Part shown: positions 35,610 to 47,908 of the stretch, in pieces
Numbering within the stretch: position 1 is the stretch's first letter
How the letters are laid out: each line of letters begins with the position of its first letter
DNA from: Octopus sinensis
Taxonomy: Eukaryota
Length of the DNA: 64,000 bases
Assembly (NCBI RefSeq): GCF_006345805.1
Contig: NC_043019.1
Location: forward strand, 32,301,360 to 32,365,359
Reading direction: 5' to 3'
Notes under the pieces: model-generated
What the model was told of the DNA's origin: nothing
The model's input: only the letters and a program-made list of their open reading frames with translations
Database searches by the model: none
Program-made: the position numbers and the translations under genes

Positions 35610-36052
35610 TGAATGATTATAAACCATGATTTATGTACAAACCTATTGTTTTATGAATATTATTATTCACAACAAATATTAGGCATTAAACCAGTAATTC
35701 ATTGGATGATACCATCCCTTAATTAGGCTAATTTAACCTCTAATTGAATTGTGTGTGTGTGTATCCCTCTCTCTCTGTCAGAGAGGCACTGAGCAGCTAT
35801 ACGCACACATACAGAGAGGCACTGAGCAGCTATACGCACACATACCCACACGGCAGTAACTACCACCTACCGAATTCAATCACAAAGCTCCGGTCGGCTC
35901 GGGGTTATAGCGGAAGACACGTACCCAAAGTGCCATGCAGTGGGACTGAACCCGAAACCATGTAGTTGGGAAGCAAGCTCCCTAACCACACAGCCATGCC
36001 ATATGTATATATATATATATATATGTATATACACACACACACATACAACAAA

Positions 36053-36212
36053 GTAATATCTCTAATGCAATATAGCTGTGAAAGCAGCAGAAAGATTGGG
36101 GGTGGGTATTATTACCCTTATAAGATGGAAAAAAGTTATTATCCATCTTATAAGGGTAATAATACCCTATTTTACTGCTGTTTTCACGGTGATACTGCAT
36201 TGGAAATATTAC
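36053..36212. repeat. 160-bp fold-back element
   Basis: Perfect inner 26-bp arms (36104-36129 / 36142-36167) and diverged ~46-bp outer arms. Confidence 0.9.
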
Positions 36213-36434
36213 CTTCTCATTTGTATATTATAAATACATGCATGTGTATGTATAGATACATAAGCAGATCGATAGATAGATATCAGGAAATCAGAAACAG
36301 GTCCATAGTGTTGATGAAGCATAAATCCACACGTATATCTATATATATCTATATATAATATGAGGGGATATTATTCCAAACTTACAAGGAAAAATTCAAT
36401 TTAGAAATACTAAATCAAATTTCACAAAATTGCA

Positions 36435-36631
36435 GGTGGCACGTAAAAAGCAACCACTACACTCACGGAGTGGTTGGCGTTAGGAAGGGCATCCAGCTGT
36501 AGAAACATTGCCAGATAAGACCGGAGCCTGGTGCAGCCTTCTGGCTTCCCAGATCCCCGGTCGAACCGTCCAACCCATGCTAGCATGGAGAACGGACATT
36601 AAACGATGATGATGATGATGATGATGATGAT
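36435..36631 (+). mobile_element. RTE 3'-end fragment with (GAT)n tail
   Basis: Near-identical to 42555-42744 (ggcacgtaaaaagc...aacccatgctagcatgg...aaacgatgatgat). Confidence 0.85.
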
Positions 36632-38139
36632 AATATATATATATCTATATAAATTAGAGAAAAAAAAACCCACCTTTTATCAATTCAATAATGAAAAATT
36701 AAATTATACCATTTAGAAAAATTACATCTTATAGAAAGATTAAATATAAGATAAAACATATAACAATGATTAAGTAATGTGCAAAATAATAAATAGAACG
36801 TATATATTTGGTATATATATATATATATATATATATGCATGTATGAATTCTGTTGAAGTGTTATTGTTTCTTATGTGGTGTAGTGTTGTGGGTTTGTGTT
36901 GTGCTGTAAATACTCCACTTTTTGTGTGTGTGTGTATATATATATATTTACTGTTCAACAGTATATTACTGGTCAGAATGTACTGTTGGTTTTGCACCAA
37001 CCAAGGTACTTGGCAGTATAGAAAGCTCTAATATTATATGAATGCATACATCTATCATATTTTCTGTGATAGACAGAGGAACAAAAGACAAGTAGATACT
37101 ATAATATACTGCAGGTTTTGTACAATTATTTTGAGGTGGTTTGTATTTGTATTGTGTTGATATATTTATATTGCTACTCTTTTTTTTTAATTTTTTGTTG
37201 TTGGTTTGGTGTTGTGTCTGTTGTGCTTTTTTTTCTTTTTATTTATTTCTTATTGGGGTGGAGTCTGATGATTCTAAATATTCCTATATTTTTTGAACTG
37301 CTCAGTTTTCTCCTGTTTCATGACCTCTCTTAAATTCCATCTTATTAACTGTCTGTCTCTGAACCTCTGCCTATCTTATATATATACAGTTGGTGTGTAA
37401 TGGTTAAGAAATATTTCCTATTATTTTCCAATTGATATTGAACTCCACATTTATATTTATACACACACACATACTCTAAATATATTTCTATATATTCAAT
37501 CACTAATATACAGATAAATTAGTTATTAGCAAGAGAAAAAGTGTTTGTAACAAATAATAATTAGTATATCTAAATTAAATTGCATGTGTTTGGATCACTT
37601 TAAACTGCTGTTAACGTCTAGAGATATTATCTCTGGAGGTATTGACGATACACTAATTAAGCACTACTTCACAGGCTGACAAAAAGCTCCTCTGCACCAG
37701 TAGATAGCACTACTGTATCATGTAATTTCACCATGCCTGGGGATCGTCAGTGGCTGCCATCCACACATCAAATGCTAGAATGGAAATCAGTCAAACCACT
37801 ATAGTGTAATAATGGCCAAACAACAAGTGATGTTGTGTTATTAGCAACAGTTGCAGCTATCCAAAGAAAGCCAAGCTTTTTTTTTTTTGTTATTGTTATT
37901 TAGCCTGAGACCAGCTCTGATCCAACAGCCCTATTGTCAAAGAGCTTCCTACCTTGCCCATCCTAGCATAATGATGCAGTGTTTTTCCATTTGTAAGATG
38001 ACAGAGTAGCATTTGAGTAGCACATAGCTGTCTCTTCTAGCAGTTAACGTGAGACTTCCAAGAGGTTCTCATTGTTGTTTAGCTCTGATTCTACTGCCCT
38101 TTAATTTAACTCTTTTGATACCAAGTCCTTCTGAGAGTG

Positions 38140-39060
38140 CCCCTGGTTCTAGGACTTAGGTCAATCTAATCGACTTAATCCCTTCCCCAAAATTTGAGGC
38201 CATGTGCTCCAAGACTGGGGTTGCAGACTGGGGTCGATGTAATCAACTTAATCCCTTTGTCTGTCCTCTCTATGTTTAGCCCCTTGTGGGCAATAAAGAA
38301 ATAAGAACCGTTAGCACGCTGGACGAAATGCTTAATGGTATTTCACCCGTCGCTACATTCAAATTCCACCAAGGTTGACTTTGCCTTTCATCCTTTCAGG
38401 GTTGATAAATTAAGTACCAGTCGCGTACTGGGGTCGATCTAATTGACTGGCCCCTTCCTCCCAAATTTCAGGTCTTGTGCCTAGAGTAGACAGGATTATT
38501 ATTAATAGTATAATTATTAAGACAGTGAGCTGGCAGAGTTGTTAACATGCTGGACAAAACGCTTTTCACTTATCCTTACATTCTGAGTTCAAATTCTGCT
38601 CAGGTCGCCTTTGCCTTTCATTCTTTCGGGGTCGATAAAATAAGTACCAGTTGAAGACTGGGGTCAATGTAATCAACTTACCCCTCTCCTAAAATCGCTG
38701 GTCCTGAGCCAAAATTTGAAACCATTATTATTATTATTAGTGCCAAGTGAGGAAAACTGTGAAAGGTCCACTTTGCCTTTCCTTCCTCTGCTCACTGTTG
38801 GCACCTCCACCACTCAATTGTAACCAATGATGATAGGCAGCGAGTTGGCAGAATTGTTAGCAAGCTGGCAACATTTTGCCCATCCTTGCGTTCTGAGTTC
38901 AAATTCCACCGGGGTCGACTTTGCCTTTCAATCCTTTTGGGGGTCGATAAATTAAGTACCAGTGAAACACTGGGGTCAGTATAATCAACTAGTTCCCCAT
39001 CCCAACCCTAAATTTCGGACCTTGTGACTCCTTGCAGAAAGGATCATTATTATTATTATT
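38140..39060 (+). mobile_element. Cluster of 4-5 head-to-tail SINE family B copies and fragments
   Basis: Repeated ttgcctttcatcctttc...taagtaccag...ctggggtc blocks. Confidence 0.85.
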
Positions 39061-39388
39061 ACATTTCACTCAGAACTGCTATTTTTAGCACTTAAAGCAA
39101 CCATGTAGCAGCTCCATGTTTGTTTGTGTCCGTCCCTCTGTGCAATAAGCTTCTGCTTATCTTGCTGTCCCCTTTTGAGGTCTGTCTGTGCGTCTCTGTG
39201 TCTATGTGTGTGTGTTTAATGTTTCACTTCTATGTTCTTCTCCGCCACCTCCTCCTCTATGTCCACATTTGTATACATTGTAAGTTTGTTGTTGTTATTG
39301 TTGTTGTATTTTGCCCTGACATTTTAGTTTATTTTAATTATCTTTATTTTATTTTGGGGTTTTTTCCATTTTTTTCTTTTTTATACTT

Positions 39389-39390
39389 GC

Positions 39391-39446
<56 letters not shown>

Positions 39447-39723
39447 TTGATGGCAACTGCTTCAGTTTCTGTTTGCTGGTTATGTGTGTGTGTTGTGTGT
39501 GTGTGTGTGTGTGTGTGTGTTGTTGTAGCTGAACGTGTGTGTGTGTCTGTTGCTTCTGTTGTTTATTCTAGGCACGCACTTACTTTTTAAAGTGTATGTA
39601 AAATGAAGAAATTAAAAGGAAAATATAAAATTAAGATAAAAAAAAAATTGTTCAAAATAGAATAGCTTTAACATTTTGCAAGGAAGAAAAATATTACTGC
39701 ATTTATGTGAGGTTAAGACTCTC

Positions 39724-39760
<37 letters not shown>

Positions 39761-39765
39761 CGTAC

Positions 39766-39810
<45 letters not shown>

Positions 39811-40190
39811 TCACACATACATGCATTTATACACTGCACACATATGCACATGCACATATAGACACACACGCACACACATATATATACATATACGCACATA
39901 CATATATATATATATGTAACCAATGTTTTTTTTGTGTTTTCTTGTTTGGATTAACTATATATATATATATGTATAAATATAGATGTATACATAGATACAC
40001 ACACATATACACTTATACAGATACGCACATACATATATATATATCGTGCTAGCGCGGAAAACGGATGTTGAACGATGATGATGTATACATAGATACATGC
40101 ACATATACACATATACATATACACACATACATATATATATAGATGTATATATAGATACACACACAAATATACATGTATATGTATCAAAGC
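39389..40190. repeat. Simple-repeat field: (ATT)n, (GT)n, (AT)n, (AC)n (similar fields at 11900-12360, 15250-15680, 51550-51910, 58520-59140)
   Basis: Directly visible di- and trinucleotide runs. Confidence 0.95.
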
Positions 40191-40519
40191 ATAAAGAATG
40201 AAGCCGAATTATCAATTATTGATAATGCATCTTTATTCTTTGTGTTTTTCTTCTTCTAATCTACTCAGTAATTGGTACACCAAATTTAATTGGTGTTCTA
40301 CCTCGGATTTACAAATTGTACATGTTACAAGAAAAGAATAACACACATGGATTGCCCTTAGCAATTCAGTTAGCCGGATTTGATTTCTACAGAGTGCTTA
40401 AAGAGCTATGTGCCTATATTTATGTAATTCCAATTTTCCTCCATTTTATGTGTATACATATATATATACGTGTGTGTGTATAAAAGAAAAAGAAAATGGA
40501 GATTGGGAAGTTAATATTC

Positions 40520-40553
<34 letters not shown>

Positions 40554-40559
40554 TGTTTG

Positions 40560-40852
40560 TTCCTTCTTGAGCCATGCCTGCTCATTAGAGCCGGTTTCCT
40601 TGGCATATATTTTCCCACCTGGATGGGACGCCAGTCCGTCGCAGGTGAGCTGCAAGATGCAGGAGGAAAGAGTGAGAGAAAGTTGTGGCGAAAGAGTCAG
40701 CAGAAGTTTGCCATTACCTTCTGCCGGAACTTAGGCTTTTCGCTGCGTGGATCATAGATGTTTCACTCATAAACACACACATTGCCCAGTCTGAGATTTG
40801 AACCCGTGATCGCTTGACTGCGAATCCACAGCTCTAACCACTAGGCCATGTG

Positions 40853-40854
<2 letters not shown>
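40560..40854 (-). mobile_element. SINE family C-like head, tail type 3
   Basis: Minus strand ggcacatggcctagtggttagagc...gggttcaaatctc, ctctttcgccacaactttctctcactct, then gcgacggactggcgtcccatccagg; a tail fragment lies at ~27195-27260. Confidence 0.8.
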
Positions 40855-40915
<61 letters not shown>

Positions 40916-41187
40916 CACACACACATTTCTGCATGCATTTGGATAGGTAGAAAGCTTTCTCTGCTTTTATATCCCTATATTGGCGACAACTGTTGTGCTG
41001 ATATACCAGATTTCTCGTTGTTATAAGCGATGGATATGAATTCTGTATGAGTATGTTATGTCTCCAGAGAATGTTGTTCTGTTAGAGTTGTGCTGTTGAC
41101 TTGAAGGTGTTCAACATAGGTTGTGGCCATGGTCAACTAGTCATACCTCCAAATTTCTTGCCATGTGCCTGTATTAAAAAACAATTA

Positions 41188-42984
41188 GGCGCAGGAGTGG
41201 CTGTGTGGTAAGTAGCTTGCTAACCAACCACATGGTTCCGGGTTCAGTCCCACTGCGTGGCATCTTGGGCAAGTGTCTTCTGCTATAGCCCCGGGCCGAC
41301 TAATGCCTTGTGAGTGGATTTGGTAGACGGAAACTGAAAGAAGCCTGTCGTATATATGTCACAAACACCTTCAGGTAGATGGCCCTGCTCGATCTGTAGA
41401 AAAGGTGTAGGTAGAAGCTATGGACACATAAGAGATGCAGCAATGTCAAAGGAAGGCTAACTAGGAAGATGGTTTTTGTATGTGGCAGATGCTCAGGAAC
41501 AATAAACACTGAAAATGCTCTGAGACCAACTTCCGTCACTTTCCAGGGAGAAAAACTAGAAATAGTTGATAGTTTCCGTTACCTAGGTGACCAAGTCAGC
41601 AGCGGGGGCGGGTGTGCTGAAAGTGTAACTGCTAGAGTAAGAATAGCTTGGGCAAAGTTCAGAGAGCTCTTACCTCTGCTGGTGACAAAAGGCCTCTCGC
41701 ACAGAGTGAAAGGCAGACTGTATGATGCGTGTGTACGAACAGCCATGCTACATGGCAGTGAAACATGGGCCGTGACTGCTGAGGATATGCGTAAGCTCGC
41801 TAGAAATGAAGCCAGTATGCTCTGATGGATGTGTAATGCCGGTACTCACACTCGGCAGAGTGTAAGTACCTTGAGAGAAAAGCTGGACCTAAGAAGCATC
41901 AGTTGTGGTGTGCAAGAGAGACGTTTGCGCTGGTATGGTCATGTGGCGAGAATGGATGAAGATAGTTGTGTGAAAAAGTGCCACACCCTAGCGGTGAGGG
42001 AACCTGTGGAAGAGGCAGACCCAGGAAAACCTGGGACGAGGTGGTGAAGCACGACCTTCGAACTTTAGGTCTCACTGAGGAAATGACTAGAGACCGAGAC
42101 CTCTGGAAGTGTGCTGTGCGCGAGAAGACCCGGCAGGACAAGTGAGTCCATAACCCGTGGCCTTCTACATGGGATGGAGCCAGCCTACGTATGCATACCT
42201 TCCCTTTGGGACACGAAACTCTACTTGTGAAGACGTGATGAGGCAAGTGAGGATCAGAATCGAAATCGATCAATGGAAATTGCGGATGTGCTACCAGTGC
42301 CGGTGGCATGTCAAAACTCTGCTTGTGAAGACCCGTTGAGGCAAGTGACGATCAGAATCGAAATCGATCAATGGAAATTGCAGATGTGTTACCAGTGCCG
42401 GTGGCATGTAAGAGAACTTTCCGTTTCGCGACCGTTGCCAGCACCACCCCGTTTCGTGTCCGTTGCCAGCCTCGCCTGGCCCTCGTGCCGGTGGCACATA
42501 AAAAGCACCATCCGTTCGTGGCCGTTTGCCAGCTCTGTCTGGCACCAGTGCGGGTGGCACGTAAAAAGCACCCACTACACTCACGGAGTGGTTGGCGTTA
42601 GGAAGGGCATCCAGCCGTAGAAACACTGCCAGATTTGACTGGGCCTGATGAAGCCTTCTGGCTTCACAGACCCCAGTAGAACCGTCCAACCCATGCTAGC
42701 ATGGAAAACGGACGCTAAACAATGATGATGATGATGATGATGATATATATATATATGTGTGTGTGTTTGTGTGTCTGTGTTTGTCCCTCTAGCATTGCTA
42801 GACAACCGATGCTGGTGTGTTTACGTCCCCGTCACTTAGCGGTTCGGCAAAAGAGACCGATAGAATAAGTACTGGGCTTACAAAGAATAAGTCCTGAGGT
42901 TGATTTGCTCGACTAAAGGCGGTGCTCCAGCATGGCCGCAGTCAAATGACTGAAACAAGTAAAAGAGTAAAAAGAGTAAAGAGA
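41188..42984 (+). mobile_element. SINE family A split by the RTE (head 41188-41358, tail 42745-42984)
   Basis: Head and tail are contiguous in the family consensus, with the break in the (TA)(TG)n spacer. Confidence 0.9.
41359..42744 (+). mobile_element. 5'-truncated RTE-clade LINE inserted into a SINE A copy
   Basis: RT C-terminal motifs VDSFRYLGD, RVRIAWAKFREL, LHGSETW, RRLRWYGHVARM; ORF ends at TGA 42143-42145. One CGA>TGA stop and frameshifts. The 3' UTR has a 98-bp tandem duplication (42216-42409) and ends in a (GAT)n tail. Confidence 0.93.
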
Positions 42985-43019
42985 ATTACTATTATTAATA
43001 GTAGTAAGAGGAGGAGTAA

Positions 43020-43380
43020 GGCAGTGAGCTGGCAGAAGCATTAGCATGCTGGACAAAATGCTTAGCGGCATTTCATCTGTCTGTATATTCTGAGTTCAAA
43101 TTCCACTGAAGTCGGACTTTGCCTTTTATCCTTTCAGGTTCAAGAAAATATGTACCAGCTGAGCCTTGGGGTCATTGTAATTGAGTAGCCCTCTCCCCTC
43201 AAATTTCAGGCCTTGTGCCTATAGCTGAAAGGAATTTTATTCTTAAGGGGAGTAAGGCAATGAGATAGTAAAATTGTTAGCATGCTGGACAAAAATGTGT
43301 AGCAACAATTTGGAGATCAAATACTACCCGAGTCAGCTTTATACAGAATCAGTGAATTAAAAGGACCAGTTAGAATGAAC
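43020..43380 (+). mobile_element. Two SINE family B copies (second degraded)
   Basis: Family B consensus. Confidence 0.8.
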
Positions 43381-44120
43381 CCTAGTATACATTTTATGTT
43401 TCTATTTATAATTTTTATTATACCTAGGCATCTAGTTATTGATCCTGTTCTCATTTTCATGTCAGCATGAAAATATTACATGTATAAGAACATTCTTTCT
43501 CACACACGCACACACATCTGCTCCACATGTGAACAGCCATGCAATATAAATCCACAAATCAGAAACACATGGTATTCACAATTGCCGTCTTTGCCTTGCC
43601 AAGAAACTGCATATACTCCAACTGACTGCTGTATTCATCAATAGGAAAAACCAATCTATCCTGTAGTTACCACCAAAGTAGCTCTCTGTAAACGAATTTC
43701 AAAATATTAGTCTCTGTAACCTGGAAATACCATTCTAGGTCTAGACAGCCCACACACAGTTGCAAGGTATATCATTCCTGTTGCTCCAGTGTACTTATTT
43801 CACATTCAGCGTACTACCATTAGGTTATGTCGACACCATCCAGCCACGCTTAACAGCCAGACTGCTATGTAACCTGACACAATCACACTGGTCTATCTCT
43901 CCATGTAGTAAATGTTTCTTTGAAATATCAACCCTCTATGGGAACACTGACTACCTGACACCAATATTGTGTCTGCTCTACCACGTAGAGCATAAAAACG
44001 AAAGAATTGCTACCACTGACTAGCTGAATTTTCCATATGACCTAGACTGACCTGAAGCTATTTCTAAATTTCTTTTAAATTCTCTCTGTTCTGACTGTTT
44101 AAATGTGACTATGTTTTGCA

Positions 44121-44212
44121 CAGGGCTGTGGAGTCGAGACAAAAAACTTCGACTCTGAGTCCAGCTATCCATTAATTGTTTCTGACCCCACGACTCTGAC
44201 TCCACAGCCCTG
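44121..44212. mobile_element. hAT-type mini-MITE (92 bp)
   Basis: TIRs cagggctgtggagtc / gactccacagccctg; 8-bp TSD gttttgca / gttctgca (7 of 8 match). Confidence 0.85.
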
Positions 44213-44361
44213 GTTCTGCAGCTGTGAAACATTAAGTAATGTGAGGCTAAGTCAAACTCTTATTAGATACTTACAACTCCAACTAAATCCACTCACTGCT
44301 ACTCGCCTTCGTTCACCTACTTGTATATTCACACACACACATATTCAAATGCATGTTTACA

Positions 44362-44414
<53 letters not shown>

Positions 44415-44416
<2 letters not shown>

Positions 44417-44508
44417 GGAGAGTTTACGAAAAAAACAAAAGACGAAGACAGGTGGTGTACAAAATAAACAGATGTATTAGTATAATGCTCAGGAATAGAA
44501 AAAGTCTT
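44415..44508 (-). mobile_element. Family P copy 3, truncated
   Basis: Same sequence between two (AT)n tracts; homology stops at aaagtctt. Confidence 0.75.
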
Positions 44509-45419
44509 ATATATATATACACACACATATATACAGGAGTGGTGTTATGTGGCAAGAAGTGTGTTTCAAAAGCATATAGTTCTGGGTTCAGTCCCATTGT
44601 GGTACTTTGGAGAATTGTCTTCTGCAATATCCCAGGCCAACCAAAGCTTTGTAAGATATGGTTGACAGAAACTGAAAGAAACCCATTGTGTGTGTGTGTA
44701 ACAAAACAAATTTGGAAAACCTTTTTGCTATTTATTTGCCATTACACACATTTCATTTGCCAATAGGAATTACAGGGTTTTACATGTTCGATAGATATGT
44801 AAGAAATTTCATGTGGGATTTATCCTATTTACATTATACACACATACACTCTCTCTCTCTCATATGTTTGTATCTCTTTATCTTAACATTGCATGGTGAT
44901 TGTAAACGAGTGTCACTGTCATACAAGCAGTGTCATTCGTTTCCAGTATTCTCCAAAAACATGTCTGGTCATGGAGAGGGTTAGCAACAGGAAGAGCGTC
45001 CAGCCTCAGAAAATCTGCCTTTGTAAATTTTGACTGACCTTTTGCAAGCATAGACAAGTGGACTTTAAAATAATTATGGCAATAACAATATATATATATA
45101 TACATATACATATATATACGTGTATTCACACTCAGGCATATGTATATATACACATTTGTATGAATATAAGAACTGATATTTTAGTCACAAAATATAGTGG
45201 TCCTCAGTTTATCTTTTAGATTTTTACATTTATTTGATATCATAATGCAGCATTCGATATTACTTCAATATTATTTGTTGTTATTGGTGTATGTGTGTAA
45301 TGTTACTGTGCTGTTTATTGTCTACCAATTACTCTTTTTGCGATACTTGCTTGATATCACGCTATACTACTCGATAATATTTTGATATGGTTCTTCATGA
45401 CTATAAGATACCCCCCCAC

Positions 45420-46100
45420 CTCTTGATTTGTGTGTTTCATCGTTGTGCAATGTGGCTTTGATATTGTTTTCTCATTGCTGTGATATTAAGTATTGTCTAT
45501 TACTTTGATATTGTTGTGAAATACTACTTCCAACATTGTTGTTTGTTTTCTTGCTGTGATATCTGTTCAATATTGTTTCTATTATTGTAAGATATTACTT
45601 TGATCTTCTTGTCGTATATTACTTCCAATGTTGTTGTATTTTTTTTCCACTGTTGTGATATACATGTCTTTGATATGATTTCCATTATTGTGAGATATCA
45701 CTTTGATATTGTTGTGGTGCATTACTTCCAATGTTGTTTTATTACATTGCTGTGATGTGTATATCTCTTTGATATTGTTTTCCTTACTGTGAGATATCAC
45801 TTTGATATTGTTATGGTATATTACTTCCAATGTTGTTTTATTACATTGTTGTGATGTGTATATCTCTTTGATATTGTTTTCGTTATTGTGAAATATTACT
45901 TTAATGTTGTTACTCATTGCTGTGATTTTTAACCTCCACTGTTCATTTTCCATTGCTGTGCAATATCACTTTAATATTCTTTTCCTTTGCTGTGCAATAT
46001 GACTCCAACACTTTAACTTTATTACAATAGGTTATATCACTGTTGATCTTTCTTTGCTGTGTGATATCACTCTCAATATTTTTTCATTTTGAACTTGATT
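45420..46100. repeat. Degenerate ~33-bp-subunit minisatellite with a recent ~99-bp duplication (45690-45890)
   Basis: Recurrent gctgtgatat.actttgatattgtt / ttacttccaatgttgtt motifs. Confidence 0.7.
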
Positions 46101-46652
46101 TTTTTTCTTTCTATTTTTGATACTGTTTCTCCATTGTACACACAAGTGACTTTGACAATTTCCTATTCTCTTACATGTTACCATTACTATCTTGCTTCTC
46201 ATTGGTTGCTTTTTCTCATTCTTAACGAGATACTGTTTATGATATATCATTTTATCATTTCTTGCTTTCACCTTATCCTTTGTTGCCATTTATTTCGTAT
46301 AAGAATTGTTTCCGTTCTCTTATATTCATGTCTGCATGGGTTGGATAGGTTTGGTTTATTTGTACATATAAAATTTAGTACATTTTTTTGCATATTGCTT
46401 GGACAAGGCTTTTTACAGTTGGCTGGCTGCATACCAGTAAACCAGACTCAAGATATAGCCTTTGTTTCAAGAGTACATTGTAGTAGCAGTGTTGAGGTTT
46501 GATTTAAACTATAAATACCCTTTCCATCCACCCACCCTGCTGCTTCATCATAGTAATTATAGGAACTGTTTTGTCAGTCTGGCAGACAGTACAGAGGCTG
46601 ATTAAAGCCTCGTTTGTTGCTCAATTAGGTACCCATGCTATGGTTGTATTAA

Positions 46653-47454
46653 CTCGTTTAGCATTTCAGATTACTTTGTCAAATGTTATGCTTATTTAAC
46701 CACAGAATTTCGAATTAATTATCCATTGATTCACAGCTTTCGCATTACAATGATGTGATTGTTTATTTTTAGAATGACATTGTAGGGTAGGTGTGAGAGC
46801 CCAGACCTGGCTAGTTTGAATTATAAAACAGAATATTTCAGCCGGATATGGCCAGTTTAAAACCCTTTAGCATTCAAAGCATTCTGTCATAAGTAACGCT
46901 TATTTAACCACGGAGTTTTGAATTAGCCATGCATTAATCCATAGCTTTGGCATTATAACGATGTGAGTGTTTACTTTTAGAATTACATTGTAGGGTAGGT
47001 GTGAGAGGCAGGATCTGGTCAACGTCAGTGCTAATGGGTTAAACATATAACATTCAAATTATCAAATGTAATGTTTATTTACATTGTTCAGAATTAATCA
47101 TGCGTTAATTCATAACTTTGACATTTCAGTGATGTGATTGCTTATTTGCAGCATGACATTGTAGGGTAGATCTGAAAGGCCAGATCCAACTGGTTGAATA
47201 TAAAACAGAATATTTAGACCTGATACGGCCAGTTTAAATTCATATTTTATTCTCTGTCAAATGTAGTTATTTATTTACATTCTTTTGAATTACTTATGCA
47301 TTATCTCATAGCTTTGAGATTTCAATGATGTGGTTGTTTATTTATTAGAATGGCATTGTAGGATAGGTGTAAGAGGCAGGAGGTGGCTAATTTGAACATA
47401 AAACAGGTAGAATATTTGGGCATGATATAGCCATATAAAACTGTAGAGTGTTAA
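46653..47454 (+). mobile_element. Four diverged head-to-tail copies of TTAA MITE family 1
   Basis: cattgtaggg(t/a)ag block at ~46777, 46986, 47156 and 47354; units joined at ttaa. Confidence 0.75.
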
Positions 47455-47839
47455 GGCTTGAACTAAGGGTGTTGATCCTTTTGTATTAATTACAGGCAAG
47501 AGAACCAAAGTCATGTAACCACCCTCATTAGCTTACAGGTGTTTCTGCTATAAGATGCATTGCACTCATAGCTAAGTGCTTGTGCAATGCTCTATAGCTT
47601 CTTCAGAGCCATTGGTTAGCAGGCAAGCACATTTTTGGGGGGTTTTTTGTTTTTCACCACACAACCTATATTCTTCCACTGCTATTTATTATCCATTGTC
47701 CCTGAGACTGAGACATTGTGTGATTTGTTCCGATTTCCCTCCATTGTTTCTTGGATCTTGTTCTTCCTCGTTATAACATTTCAAACTGCATCTAACCGGT
47801 ACTGTTGTTGTTATTGTTGTTTGTTTGTTGTTGTTTCAG

Positions 47840-47908
47840 GTGAAAATTCCCAAAACACATTTACAAGTCCTTCACCTCCTTTAAAAACAGAAGCAAACGG
47901 CAATACTC
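47840..47908 (+). CDS. eya: eya exon, (G/S)ENSQNTFTSPSPPLKTEANGNT
   Basis: Acceptor ttgttgtttcag, donor C|gtaagt, 69 nt, phase 1-1. SPSPPLK matches the EYA SPSTPIK motif, and the phase fits both neighbours. Confidence 0.82.

Noticed and set aside
43430-44050. Complex unique-looking stretch as an exon or intact TE ORF
   Set aside because: No convincing splice pair or recognisable motif in six frames. It may be an old LINE remnant, but I cannot assign it.
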